Sequence record: OZ195934.1
Reading direction: 5' to 3' (one strand)
Length of the DNA: 64,000 bases
Below, piece by piece: positions 47,488-56,693 of this stretch. Position 1 is the stretch's first letter, and each line of letters begins with the position of its first letter. Under the pieces are notes generated by a model. It was given only the letters and a program-made list of their open reading frames with translations. It did not search any database and was not told the DNA's origin. Position numbers and translations under genes: made by a program.

Positions 47488-48387
47488 ATGGAAAATTACT
47501 TAAAATTGTGTCAAGACATTCTTGACAATGGTGACGAACTAGAGAATCGCACGGGCACGAAAACGCTCAGTGTGATTTCTCGTGAGCTTCGATGGGACTT
47601 GAGTAAAGGTTTCCCTTTACTGACAACTAAGAAAATGGCAACTAAAGCTATTATCGGTGAGTTGTTGTGGTTCTTGAAAGGCTCAGGTTCAATTACTGAA
47701 CTACGCAAATACACGAATCTGACCGACGAACAGTTCTGTATCTGGCAGCAAAATCTAGATGAGCTGAACGAACGTGCGAAGAAAGCAGGTATTGTGCGTA
47801 ACGAAGACGATCTTGGCTACGTTTACGGTAAAGTTTGGCGCAAACGCTTGTCTGTGAATGCAGATAAAGAAGTCGTTGAGTTCGACCAGATTCATCAACT
47901 GCTGTGTGATATCGCAGACGTTAAAGCTGATCCAACGAAGTCTGCACAGCGTCGTATGCTAGTAGAAGCATGGGACCCGCACTTCCATACTGAAGAGAAT
48001 TCGCTTGATGTTGCACTACCACCGTGTCATTACGGCTTTCAAGTGTTCGTACGCAACGGCAGAATCTCTCTAAAGTGGAATCAGCGTTCAGTTGATACAT
48101 TCTTGGGCTTGCCGTTCAACATCGCGTCATACGCGCTTTTAGTGCATATTCTAGCGCAGTTGACTGGTCTTAAAGTCGGTGAGTTGATTTTCAGTGGCGG
48201 TGATGTGCATCTTTACGAAGATCACGTGCTGCAAGTTCTGAAACAGCTACGACGTGAGCCGCGCACGCTACCGCAAATTCAGTTACCTGAGTTTGACACA
48301 CTTAGTCAGTTGTTGACAAAGACCGCGAAAGACTTTGTTATCTACGACTACAACCCATACCCAGCATTGAAAGGTAAGATGTCATGA
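47488..48387 (+). CDS. td: Thymidylate synthase (ThyA type)
   Basis: RTGT, FPLLTTKK, LGYVYG, LPPCH, QRSVDTFLGLPFNIASY, DVHLY; no intron. Confidence 0.98.
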   Translation: MENYLKLCQDILDNGDELENRTGTKTLSVISRELRWDLSKGFPLLTTKKMATKAIIGELLWFLKGSGSITELRKYTNLTDEQFCIWQQNLDELNERAKKAGIVRNEDDLGYVYGKVWRKRLSVNADKEVVEFDQIHQLLCDIADVKADPTKSAQRRMLVEAWDPHFHTEENSLDVALPPCHYGFQVFVRNGRISLKWNQRSVDTFLGLPFNIASYALLVHILAQLTGLKVGELIFSGGDVHLYEDHVLQVLKQLRREPRTLPQIQLPEFDTLSQLLTKTAKDFVIYDYNPYPALKGKMS

Positions 48388-48674
48388 GTTTAGCAGTATA
48401 TGCAGAAGTAGACACGAACGACGGTGACTACGTTGGTGATTTGAAAGCTCTCACGTCAGAAGAAGTTGAGAGACTTGAAGAACTCGTTCATCGTTCAGGT
48501 GATAGTCTAGCAAGTTGGACAGAGGGCGAATGTCAAGAACGCTCGAATCATCTAGTATACCCGTGTTTCAACGACGAAGAGCTTGCATTCATTAGTGAAT
48601 GTCTTCCGAATCCAGAATACGGCTTTCATACAGTCGAAACAATCAAAATCGTCAACATTCTAAACACGCTATAA
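48384..48674 (+). CDS. Acidic hypothetical protein
   Basis: 96-aa ORF, ATGA overlap with td. Confidence 0.65.
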   Translation: MSLAVYAEVDTNDGDYVGDLKALTSEEVERLEELVHRSGDSLASWTEGECQERSNHLVYPCFNDEELAFISECLPNPEYGFHTVETIKIVNILNTL

Positions 48675-48696
48675 GCGTAAACATGAGAAACACATT

Positions 48697-48900
48697 ATGA
48701 AAAGCACAGTTAATTACTTCGATCTTAAAGTCGGCACTGAAGTTCTAGTCATCAATCGCGTTGACGAGTATGACGGTGAGAAACTACCACTTGCATATAG
48801 CGAGTGCGTAGCGAAAGACGACTATCGCATTCAGAACGGTGAGCCGCTAACAAACGGTAAGATTCACTACATGTACGACTTTGAACTGAGTGGTGAATAG
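48697..48900 (+). CDS. Hypothetical protein
   Basis: GAGAAACACATTATG leader. Confidence 0.6.
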   Translation: MKSTVNYFDLKVGTEVLVINRVDEYDGEKLPLAYSECVAKDDYRIQNGEPLTNGKIHYMYDFELSGE

Positions 48901-49104
48901 ATGACCGGTAAGTTCTTCGATGCACTTGTCGTTGGTATCTTGCTAATTGTCGCGCTTACTGCACTCAGTGGGTTGCTCGGTATTGGTCTAATCGCGTTTG
49001 GTATCTTTCTAGTGTCAATTGGCTGGATGTATACGGGTGCCTTTCTGTCAATCGTGGGAGTTTTCTTACTTCTATTGATGGTGCTATTACGGCAAGATCT
49101 GTAA
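48901..49104 (+). CDS. Small membrane protein
   Basis: 67 aa, almost entirely hydrophobic (about 2 TM helices). Confidence 0.65.
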   Translation: MTGKFFDALVVGILLIVALTALSGLLGIGLIAFGIFLVSIGWMYTGAFLSIVGVFLLLLMVLLRQDL

Positions 49105-49120
49105 AAACGAAAATAATTGA

Positions 49121-49201
49121 AAAAAGGGTTGCTTCGGCAGCCCTTTTCGCGTTATATTAGCTCTATCGCAACGACGCGACCAAAAACAAAGAGAGAACAT
49201 T
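49121..49201 (+). promoter_or_regulatory. Terminator hairpin containing an early -35, then TATATT and the conserved leader
   Basis: GGGTTGC-TTCG-GCAGCCC-TTTT; TTGCTT-18-TATATT; ATCGCAACGACGCGACCA; GAGAGAACATTATG. Confidence 0.7.
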
Positions 49202-49528
49202 ATGACTGACCTAACTAAATTCGACATCACATTCGCAACTCTTAAAGTAGTTTACTCTGACGTTGACCACCAGAAAGTAGCAATGCGCCTTGAAGATGGT
49301 ACTATCTTAATGCACGACACGCTGTTCACTGACCTAAAAGGTACTTACTGCGTTACTAGCACTCTTCCAAGCACTAAGCGCGAAATGAAGTGTCAGTGGG
49401 CGGGTCACGAATCAGCTAAACTAATCGACGCTATCAACGCTCAAGGTACTGTAAATCTACACTACTGGAATCAAGCTGACGAAGCAGATTACGAGCTTTT
49501 CCAACTAATCCCAGCATTCGAGGGTTAA
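49202..49528 (+). CDS. Hypothetical early protein
   Basis: 108-aa ORF after the early cassette. Confidence 0.75.
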   Translation: MTDLTKFDITFATLKVVYSDVDHQKVAMRLEDGTILMHDTLFTDLKGTYCVTSTLPSTKREMKCQWAGHESAKLIDAINAQGTVNLHYWNQADEADYELFQLIPAFEG

Positions 49529-49530
49529 TC

Positions 49531-49923
49531 ATGAGCGTAATCTTCTGGGAAATGAAAATCGAGAAACTGGCGCACATGGTGCGTCAAGTTCGAAATCTTG
49601 GCGAGTTCGCTTCGATGTCAAACGGTACGATGTCTCTCAGCACGTCTCTAACGCGTTCTACGCTCAATCGCGAAGTTAAGCATGAATGTGCTGACTACAA
49701 CGACAAAGACGCTGACACTGACTTACAGCTCGATCAGCTAGTGTATTTGGGTCTGCGTGAGCGTGCTTACGAATACAAATGTACTTTGATGCGTCGCAAC
49801 AACGAAATTTCACTTGACGATAAGCGTAAACTATGCGATTTTATTCGTTCAGCGCTTGACATCAAAGCGCACACCGACGAAGAATGGTCTGACGTACTAC
49901 AACAATTCAATATCGAGGAATAA
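49531..49923 (+). CDS. Hypothetical protein
   Basis: 130-aa ORF in an operon. Confidence 0.65.
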   Translation: MSVIFWEMKIEKLAHMVRQVRNLGEFASMSNGTMSLSTSLTRSTLNREVKHECADYNDKDADTDLQLDQLVYLGLRERAYEYKCTLMRRNNEISLDDKRKLCDFIRSALDIKAHTDEEWSDVLQQFNIEE

Positions 49924-49926
49924 ATT

Positions 49927-50643
49927 ATGTCTAGCTTCAACACCAAAAAAGCAGAATGTGAAAAACGCGGTATCGCTTTCAACTTCACGAAAGATCAGTG
50001 GAACGAGCTGCAAGCTATGAAGAGTGGCGGCAAATGTGCTTACACTGGTCAGGGTTTTCAAACGAAAGGTAAACTTCTAGCGACTGTTGAACGCATCGAC
50101 GAGAACAAGCCGTACGAGCCAACGAACTGTGTTCTAGTAACTTCACATGCAAATGGTGTGAAATGTCGTTACATTGAGCAGAAGCAATCACAAGCGTCAA
50201 TCACACCAGAAGACAAACACACGCTTAAAACGATTAAGAACGCTCTTTCTGATGAAAAAAGCATGGAGAAGAAGCTGCAAACTTATTTGAATGCGTACTC
50301 TGGCGATGTTACTGCGACTGACAGCGGTCTGTGTGACTTAGACGTTACTGAGCTTTACGTAGAATATGCACGCAAAGCAATGCGTACGGGTAAAGGGTTT
50401 GACATCACCATCAACGATTTCAAGCGCACATTGTCGCGCAAACGTTGTGAAGTGAGCAAGATCTTGCTACCGAACATGAAACAACGTGTGATTCGTGTAA
50501 TCGACGAAGACAAACCAGTGTCGAAAGACAATATTCAAGTAACATCACAGCAAGTAAGCGACATCATCGATTCAATCTTGGCATTGAACATGACTACTGC
50601 GCAGAAGAAAGCAATGATCGCAAACATGGGAGAAGCGAAATGA
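49927..50643 (+). CDS. HNH-like (beta-beta-alpha) endonuclease-family protein with an internal duplication
   Basis: RGIAFNFT..KCAYTG..TVERIDENKPY..NCVLV..AN..K, then GFDITI..RCEVS..RVIDEDKPV..NIQV. Confidence 0.65.
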   Translation: MSSFNTKKAECEKRGIAFNFTKDQWNELQAMKSGGKCAYTGQGFQTKGKLLATVERIDENKPYEPTNCVLVTSHANGVKCRYIEQKQSQASITPEDKHTLKTIKNALSDEKSMEKKLQTYLNAYSGDVTATDSGLCDLDVTELYVEYARKAMRTGKGFDITINDFKRTLSRKRCEVSKILLPNMKQRVIRVIDEDKPVSKDNIQVTSQQVSDIIDSILALNMTTAQKKAMIANMGEAK

Positions 50644-50897
50644 GCACATTGTTAAACATGGGAAAAGGCGTTTACACTGTGGTAAACGTCAGTGGCATCC
50701 CGCTCGTCATCGACCACGAAATCGAGTATGTGACTGTTGATAAGAATGGTGAAGTGCATGGTTGGTCAGAAGCGCGTCCGTATTACGACGAAGACGAACA
50801 AACTTGGTCGACGTTCGAGCTGTATGGCGACAAATGGCATTTAGCTACAATCACTGACCCACAAGACTGTGGTGAACTAATCGAGGTGTACCCGTGA
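50640..50897 (+). CDS. Hypothetical protein
   Basis: YVTVDKNGEVHGWS..P..W motif; coupled ORF. Confidence 0.65.
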   Translation: MSTLLNMGKGVYTVVNVSGIPLVIDHEIEYVTVDKNGEVHGWSEARPYYDEDEQTWSTFELYGDKWHLATITDPQDCGELIEVYP

Positions 50898-51250
50898 CCC
50901 CAACTAAGCAAGAAATTTTAGAACTGATTCAGCGTGAATATACGAGTCGTGACGAATACGACCCGAAATTCACAATGGGTTTCTTTGTAATTCCCATGAT
51001 TCGAATCAAAGCCGATATGAAGAATTGCATAGCAGCGATGACAGCACAAGTGCTCGAAACGGTGCAAGAAATGACTGGCATGACACCCGAAGAGACTGCA
51101 TACTGGTTTTATAACCACGCAGAAACGAAGCAATTCGCGGGTGAAACTCATGACACAGTTGATGGTGATATGGTTGCATATTACTTTGGCGTGCATGTTC
51201 CTTATAACTTGCACAAAGACTACGACCCGAAATTCGAGACGATTCACTAA
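50894..51250 (+). CDS. Hypothetical protein (paralogue of the next ORF)
   Basis: GTG start; REY..F.IP..TG..E..WF..F.GE. Confidence 0.65.
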   Translation: MTPTKQEILELIQREYTSRDEYDPKFTMGFFVIPMIRIKADMKNCIAAMTAQVLETVQEMTGMTPEETAYWFYNHAETKQFAGETHDTVDGDMVAYYFGVHVPYNLHKDYDPKFETIH

Positions 51251-51603
51251 TGAATATGCAATTACACATGCAGCGTCTAGCGCGTGAATATCGCAATAGC
51301 GACAATAACATCCCTGGTATGCATCTTGATATCTTCGCGATTCCAGACGATGATGGCGGTATCGACCACACTTACGTTCAGCGTGTCATTGATCTTGTTG
51401 TTGATGAGATCATGAAGCACACTGGTTGGAATCGAACTGAAGCACGTGAATGGTTTCGCGATTCAGATATCGACACATGGTTCGGTGAATCGTTTGAATT
51501 CGATTATGAGTTGCAGCACACGTTTTATGTGCGCTACGATTTGCCATCTAAACTTAAAGAATACCAACAAGGTATGAAAACAACAATGGAAGTAAAATAT
51601 TGA
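51250..51603 (+). CDS. Hypothetical protein (paralogue of the previous ORF)
   Basis: REY..F.IP..TG..EA..WF..FGE. Confidence 0.65.
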   Translation: MNMQLHMQRLAREYRNSDNNIPGMHLDIFAIPDDDGGIDHTYVQRVIDLVVDEIMKHTGWNRTEAREWFRDSDIDTWFGESFEFDYELQHTFYVRYDLPSKLKEYQQGMKTTMEVKY

Positions 51604-52373
51604 GAATTTTTATCTTTAGCGGTGCGGGGCTTGATGCTGAATCTGGTATTAGCACGTTCCGAGACGCAAACGGGTTGTGGGAAAATCACGACATCATGGA
51701 AGTTTGCAACATTCGCACATTCGCGAACAACTACGATACGACGCATCGTTTCTACAATCAGCGACGCGTAGATCTAGCGAACGTTGAGCCGAATTCTGCT
51801 CACTTCAAGATCGCAGAGCTATGCAAGAAATTCGACGTAGACAACTACACTGCGAACGTATCTGACTTGCTTGAGCGTGCGGGCTGTGAAGACGTGAAGC
51901 ACATTCATGGATTCTTACCCGAAATCGTGCTTGATTACGGCAGTCCAGAGCCAGAGATCGTGAATATCGGTTATACTGAGCATAAACTACGCAAAGGTCG
52001 CAAAGACAAGCCGAACGTTGTTTTCTTTGGCGAAGGCGCACCAATGTATACTCAGTTCTGGGGCGACATTGACACGCTATTGCCAACTGACATCGTGATC
52101 ATTGTCGGTAGTACGCTTGAGATCAACCCGATTCATTGGGATATTCCATCGACTGGTGCGAAATTCATCTTGATCAACCCAACTGGTATAGATACTGAAA
52201 AGCACACTTCACTAAACGAAGCGATTCGTATGTGTGACGTGTTCATTCAGAAACCTGCCACAGAGGCGTTCGATGAAATTGACCAACATATTAATGAGCA
52301 TATTGATCTTCATTACCCAGATGGTTTACCTGATCGTTTTATCCGTGATCGTAGTGGGTACTTCGACTACTAG
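51600..52373 (+). CDS. Sir2/CobB-family NAD-dependent deacylase-like protein
   Basis: FSGAGLDAESGISTFRD, FYNQRR, PNSAH, HIHG, KPNVVFFGE, IVGST, INP; TTG start. Confidence 0.9.
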   Translation: MRIFIFSGAGLDAESGISTFRDANGLWENHDIMEVCNIRTFANNYDTTHRFYNQRRVDLANVEPNSAHFKIAELCKKFDVDNYTANVSDLLERAGCEDVKHIHGFLPEIVLDYGSPEPEIVNIGYTEHKLRKGRKDKPNVVFFGEGAPMYTQFWGDIDTLLPTDIVIIVGSTLEINPIHWDIPSTGAKFILINPTGIDTEKHTSLNEAIRMCDVFIQKPATEAFDEIDQHINEHIDLHYPDGLPDRFIRDRSGYFDY

Positions 52374-52496
52374 TGCTTTCTTACTGATAAGTGCATTTTT
52401 ACTGTTTCTAGATAAGATGTATATTATGTCGCTACTGTGTTGTATAGTAGCGGCATTGTTATTGATAATCTATGTGAAAATTAGTGAGGTAAATTA

Positions 52497-54329
52497 ATGG
52501 ATTTGACTAAATTCGGCGCATCGGAAGAACCTGAAGCAAAAGACAACTTTCAGATTGTAACTGATAAAGAACACGTACTCATGCGACCGGGCATGTATGT
52601 GGGTTCAGTTGATAAAGAAGCGCACAGTCGATTCGTGTCTGGTGAATATCGCTCGATTGAATACGTACCTGGGTTGGTGAAAATCATCAACGAAGTAATC
52701 GATAACTGTATCGATGAAGCGATTCGTACCGAGTTCAAGTTCGCGAATCTCGTTGAAGTTAAAATCGATGGCAATCGCGTAATCGTTGCTGATAACGGTC
52801 GCGGTATTCCGCAACATGAAGTCACAGACCCGCATGGCAAAAAGCTGCTTCAACCAGAAGCTGCATGGACACGCACAAAAGCAGGTAGTAACTTCTCAGA
52901 TGATCGTACGACTGTGGGTATGAATGGCGTTGGTGCTGCACTGACAAACTTCTTCAGTCATTCGTTCAAAGGCGTTACATGTGACGGTAAGAACACAGTA
53001 CACGTGACTTGCTCAAACAACGCTGACCGAATCTTTGTTCGCAAAGTGAAAGGCGGCAAGCAAGGTACTTCTGTTGAGTTCATCCCCGACTTCAATCGAT
53101 TCGGTGTGTTTGGCATTTCACCAGAAGATGTGTCAATCATCAAAGACCGTATTGAATCGCTGTCAGTCGCGTATCCAGAGATCACGTTCAAGTTCAACGG
53201 CAAGAAACTGAGTCCGACACTGAAACAATATGCAAAGCAGTTCAATACTGAAGTTGCGTTCGAGTTTGAAGATGTCGCGTGCTTCATTGCGAAGTCACCG
53301 GCTGAAGAGTTCAAGCAGAACAGTTTCGTGAATGGTGTTCAGACAGTAAATGGCGGTACACACGTTGATTACTTTATGAACAAGCTTGCAGACGAAATCA
53401 TTCCGATGGTTAAGCGCAAGCACAAAGTCGCTGTTCCGAAGCCGCAACTGAAGAACGGCTTGACGTGTGGCTTGTTCATTCGTGGGTTTGTTGACCCGAA
53501 GTTCGATAGTCAGACTAAAGAGCGTCTAACGTCAGCACAGAGCGCAGTGTCACCGTACTTGAAAGATCTTGACTACGATAAGATTGCCAAGAAAGTGTTA
53601 GCTGATGACGATATCGTATTGCCGATTATCGAAGCACTGATCGCGAAGCAGAACGCAGCGGAAGCGCGTGAATTAGCAAAGCAGCAAAAGAAAGCAGCTA
53701 ATGCGAAAGTAGCTGATCACATCAAAGCATCCCAACCCGGTGGAACGTTGTTCTTGACGGAAGGTAAGTCAGCGATTGGTTATCTACTGAAAGTACGCGA
53801 TAGCAAGCTTCATGGTGGTATGCCGTTACGCGGTAAGGTACTGAGCACGTGGGGCAAGAAGCCCGCCGCAATCATGGCTAACAAAGAGCTACGCGATATC
53901 ATGAATGTGTTGAACATCCGTCTAGGCGATGATAACATACGTGATATGTACTACAAAGATATCGGTATTCTAGTTGATGCTGATGTCGATGGTAAAGGCA
54001 GTATCTTCCCGTTGCTACTTGCATTCTTCTATCAATGGCCCGAGCTGTATAAGCAGCGTCGAATCAAATTCGTTCGTACGCCAGTGGTAATTGCTGCAAA
54101 AGGCAAAGAAGTTAAGTGGTTCTACACGATTGACGACTATCGTCGTGCTAAATTGACGAAAACATGGAAGATTCGATACATCAAAGGGCTTGGTTCACTC
54201 ACTGAGAAAGAATACAAGCGCGTAATCAATGAACCAGTGTATGACGAAATCGTAATCGATGACCCTAGTTGCTTCGAATTGCTGTTCGGTGATGACACTG
54301 ATAAACGTAAGGAATGGATGACTGGATGA
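52497..54329 (+). CDS. gp39: Type II topoisomerase large subunit (fused gp39+60)
   Basis: EHVLMRPGMYVGS, EVIDNCIDE, DNGRGIP, GMNGVGA, TEGKSA, PLRGK, DADVDG, YIKGLGSL. Confidence 0.97.
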   Translation: MDLTKFGASEEPEAKDNFQIVTDKEHVLMRPGMYVGSVDKEAHSRFVSGEYRSIEYVPGLVKIINEVIDNCIDEAIRTEFKFANLVEVKIDGNRVIVADNGRGIPQHEVTDPHGKKLLQPEAAWTRTKAGSNFSDDRTTVGMNGVGAALTNFFSHSFKGVTCDGKNTVHVTCSNNADRIFVRKVKGGKQGTSVEFIPDFNRFGVFGISPEDVSIIKDRIESLSVAYPEITFKFNGKKLSPTLKQYAKQFNTEVAFEFEDVACFIAKSPAEEFKQNSFVNGVQTVNGGTHVDYFMNKLADEIIPMVKRKHKVAVPKPQLKNGLTCGLFIRGFVDPKFDSQTKERLTSAQSAVSPYLKDLDYDKIAKKVLADDDIVLPIIEALIAKQNAAEARELAKQQKKAANAKVADHIKASQPGGTLFLTEGKSAIGYLLKVRDSKLHGGMPLRGKVLSTWGKKPAAIMANKELRDIMNVLNIRLGDDNIRDMYYKDIGILVDADVDGKGSIFPLLLAFFYQWPELYKQRRIKFVRTPVVIAAKGKEVKWFYTIDDYRRAKLTKTWKIRYIKGLGSLTEKEYKRVINEPVYDEIVIDDPSCFELLFGDDTDKRKEWMTG

Positions 54330-54556
54330 TTTCAGCAAAAGAAGCAAAAGCTAGATTGAAAACTGAACCTCAAGCTGTTACGGCAGCTTTAGAGGAGCTT
54401 GATTTAGCTGTTCAAATCGCGTCAGCAACGAAGACACGCGTTGACTATCGTACTGACAAACTAACTGAATCAGAGCGCGGGATTCTTCGTAACAAGCTTA
54501 TCAGCTTAGGTTACGATGCGTTCATCGCGGGTGAAAAGCTAGAGGTAATGTGGTAA
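54326..54556 (+). CDS. Hypothetical protein (small paralogue family member 1)
   Basis: MISAKEA..LISLGY..KLEVMW; start at the ATGA overlap with topoisomerase. Confidence 0.65.
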   Translation: MISAKEAKARLKTEPQAVTAALEELDLAVQIASATKTRVDYRTDKLTESERGILRNKLISLGYDAFIAGEKLEVMW

Positions 54557-54765
54557 TGAGAGAAGTCTTAGATAGCTATACCAAGGTGTGTGCTGATTAT
54601 CGCACCGACCTGAACGAAATTTCTGTATCACAATCCGATTACTATATCGTGCAACTGTATGCGATTCTAGTTACACTCGGGTTCGCAGTCGAGACAATCA
54701 TTTTCTGGTTGTTCGTTGCAATCGTGTATGCACCAATCGCGCTAATTGGCGGGTGGGTTAAATAA
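54550..54765 (+). CDS. Small membrane protein
   Basis: Hydrophobic C-half. Confidence 0.55.
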   Translation: MVMREVLDSYTKVCADYRTDLNEISVSQSDYYIVQLYAILVTLGFAVETIIFWLFVAIVYAPIALIGGWVK

Positions 54766-54774
54766 GAGACGGAG

Positions 54775-55053
54775 GTGGCAATTATGCTCAAGTCTTTTAT
54801 AGAACACGATAGATTCACAGAAATGACGTACCAAGAGTTGCGTGATCTCACGATCAATGAGATTCACGCGCTCGTTCGCAAGCTGAAGAAACAGCTTCCG
54901 AAGAAGTACAAAGATATTATCGACGAAATCGAAGTCGATATGTATGAAGATCTTATCGCGGAAATCGCTTATAACGGTGGTTTGCGAGGTAAGAAATTCA
55001 CAAACATGGCAATTCCTAAGAAAATCTTAGATAGGTATGCCGATTATTACTAA
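54775..55053 (+). CDS. Hypothetical protein
   Basis: 92-aa ORF, RBS GGAGG. Confidence 0.6.
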   Translation: MAIMLKSFIEHDRFTEMTYQELRDLTINEIHALVRKLKKQLPKKYKDIIDEIEVDMYEDLIAEIAYNGGLRGKKFTNMAIPKKILDRYADYY

Positions 55054-55067
55054 GTGAGAACTAGATT

Positions 55068-55472
55068 ATGTATGATGCTGCATCAATGAGAGCACGTTTT
55101 CAACCAAAAGAAGACAAGACGATAACCGAAGCACGTGAACTGTTGCAAAGCCACTTGTACGATACGATGCAATTGGTCGAATCAGTAAGTCATGACTCGC
55201 TTGAACTCAAATACGCGCTCCCTGCGTTTCTGTACGAGGCGTATTCGGAAGAGTTGCGCAATCTTGGTTACAACGTGTATGTGATCAAAGATACGATTGT
55301 GACCAACCCGCACCCAATTGATTTTCGAGCACCTGCGTTCCCTCGTCCGGGTTTCATCGACGTGCGATGCGTAGACGAAAAAGAAGCGATGACTCACGTT
55401 AACACGATCATGAAGCTACATGGTATCAAACAGACAATTGCTTTAGAAATCAACTGGAGACGCAAATCATGA
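55068..55472 (+). CDS. Hypothetical protein (paralogue family member 2, with insertion)
   Basis: MYDAASMRAR..LRNLGY..LEINW. Confidence 0.65.
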   Translation: MYDAASMRARFQPKEDKTITEARELLQSHLYDTMQLVESVSHDSLELKYALPAFLYEAYSEELRNLGYNVYVIKDTIVTNPHPIDFRAPAFPRPGFIDVRCVDEKEAMTHVNTIMKLHGIKQTIALEINWRRKS

Positions 55473-55729
55473 TTGATGCAGCAAAAGCACGCGCAGACGC
55501 AATTCGCGCACTAGAGAAACAGATTGATGCTGAAGATCTTGATTGGATCGACGATGAAATTCGAGCAGCATCGAAAGCAGGGCGCTTTTTCATAAACGTT
55601 CATCTAGCTGATCAGCTACCAAACACTTCAGGCAATCGTCATTTGCGAAATCTGCTTGAGTATTTGAAGCTGAAAGGTTACAACGCGTATTACGTCGGTA
55701 CTAACTTGGAGATTAAATGGCAGATTTAA
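55469..55729 (+). CDS. Hypothetical protein (paralogue family member 3)
   Basis: MIDAAKARA..LKLKGY..LEIKW. Confidence 0.65.
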   Translation: MIDAAKARADAIRALEKQIDAEDLDWIDDEIRAASKAGRFFINVHLADQLPNTSGNRHLRNLLEYLKLKGYNAYYVGTNLEIKWQI

Positions 55730-56445
55730 AGGTTTACTATTGTAGCGACGTTCACAATGACTATCACACTGAGAACGCGCTAGAACGCATCACGGGCGAC
55801 AAAACGGCTGTGCTGGTAGTAGCGGGCGACATTAACAGCAAAGGGCGCACAGTGCGCGATTTAGAAGCTGTAGCCGACCGTTGGCGTGCAGTCATCGCAG
55901 TACCTGGCAATCACGACTGGTGGGGTTTAGCTCTTCATGAGCGACATAAATTCGATTCAGAGGTTGACAATGTACACGTATTGCTTGAAAATACAGTTCA
56001 GATAGACGACGTTACATTCTGTGGCACTACACTATGGCACGCTATTCCAGATTGGTTTGCGGGTCAGAAGTGGAAAGACACTATGAACGACCGCAAGAAG
56101 ATTCGTGGACGCTTGTATAAGCGCCTTTACGGTGAAGAAATTCACTCAACGCATCTTGATTGTGTCAAGTTCATAACAGATTGTACGAAAATATCAGGTA
56201 AGAAAGTGCTGATCACGCATCACGCGATGTCGCCTCAGTCAATTTCAACCGAGTATGCGGGTTCGTCTACTAATATTTTTTACTATACGCCATTAGAGCA
56301 CTTGTTGAAGCATTTCAACTATCACGTTCACGGTCATGTGCATCAAGAAAAAGATTACATGGTTGGTTTGTGTAACGTTGTATGCAACCCTCGCGCCTAT
56401 GGTACTGAAAATGATGAATACGGAATAAGGATTCTGGACATATGA
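55717..56445 (+). CDS. Calcineurin-like metallophosphoesterase
   Basis: SDVH, AGDI, PGNHD, GTTLW, ITHH, HGHVH, CNPRAY. Confidence 0.92.
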   Translation: MADLKVYYCSDVHNDYHTENALERITGDKTAVLVVAGDINSKGRTVRDLEAVADRWRAVIAVPGNHDWWGLALHERHKFDSEVDNVHVLLENTVQIDDVTFCGTTLWHAIPDWFAGQKWKDTMNDRKKIRGRLYKRLYGEEIHSTHLDCVKFITDCTKISGKKVLITHHAMSPQSISTEYAGSSTNIFYYTPLEHLLKHFNYHVHGHVHQEKDYMVGLCNVVCNPRAYGTENDEYGIRILDI

Positions 56446-56651
56446 TGATTTTACTTTACATTCTATTGGGCTTTCTACTAACTGCACTCGTTGGTGACAC
56501 TGTGCGCAGTCGTTACGTACTACAAGCAGAAACGATGGGCAAGACGCCACTACCGATGAATTTCTTCATCATCACGTGTGTTTTGATTCTGCCAATCTGT
56601 CTATTGCTGCTTGGCATCAAGAAAGTGCTACAATTCTTCAAATTTATGTAG
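56442..56651 (+). CDS. Small membrane protein
   Basis: Two hydrophobic segments. Confidence 0.6.
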   Translation: MMILLYILLGFLLTALVGDTVRSRYVLQAETMGKTPLPMNFFIITCVLILPICLLLLGIKKVLQFFKFM

Positions 56652-56693
56652 TTTAAATACGTGCGTCTAATAATAAAACTTAAAAGGTAAAAT

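Noticed and set aside
36649-48387. Group I introns or inteins in nrdD and td (as in T4), and in uvsX, gp41 or terminase
   Set aside because: All are continuous ORFs of normal length with no intein Cys/His-Asn splice motifs noticed
52234-52497. 87-aa ORF overlapping the sir2 end and the topoisomerase promoter region
   Set aside because: Overlaps sir2 by 140 nt and runs through an AT-rich promoter and hairpin region; its hydrophobicity reflects T-richness
40310-56445. Two metallophosphoesterases as anti-CBASS enzymes
   Set aside because: Both are calcineurin-like families common in large phages; no HxT/HxS 2H motifs of Acb1 type, so there is no specific support
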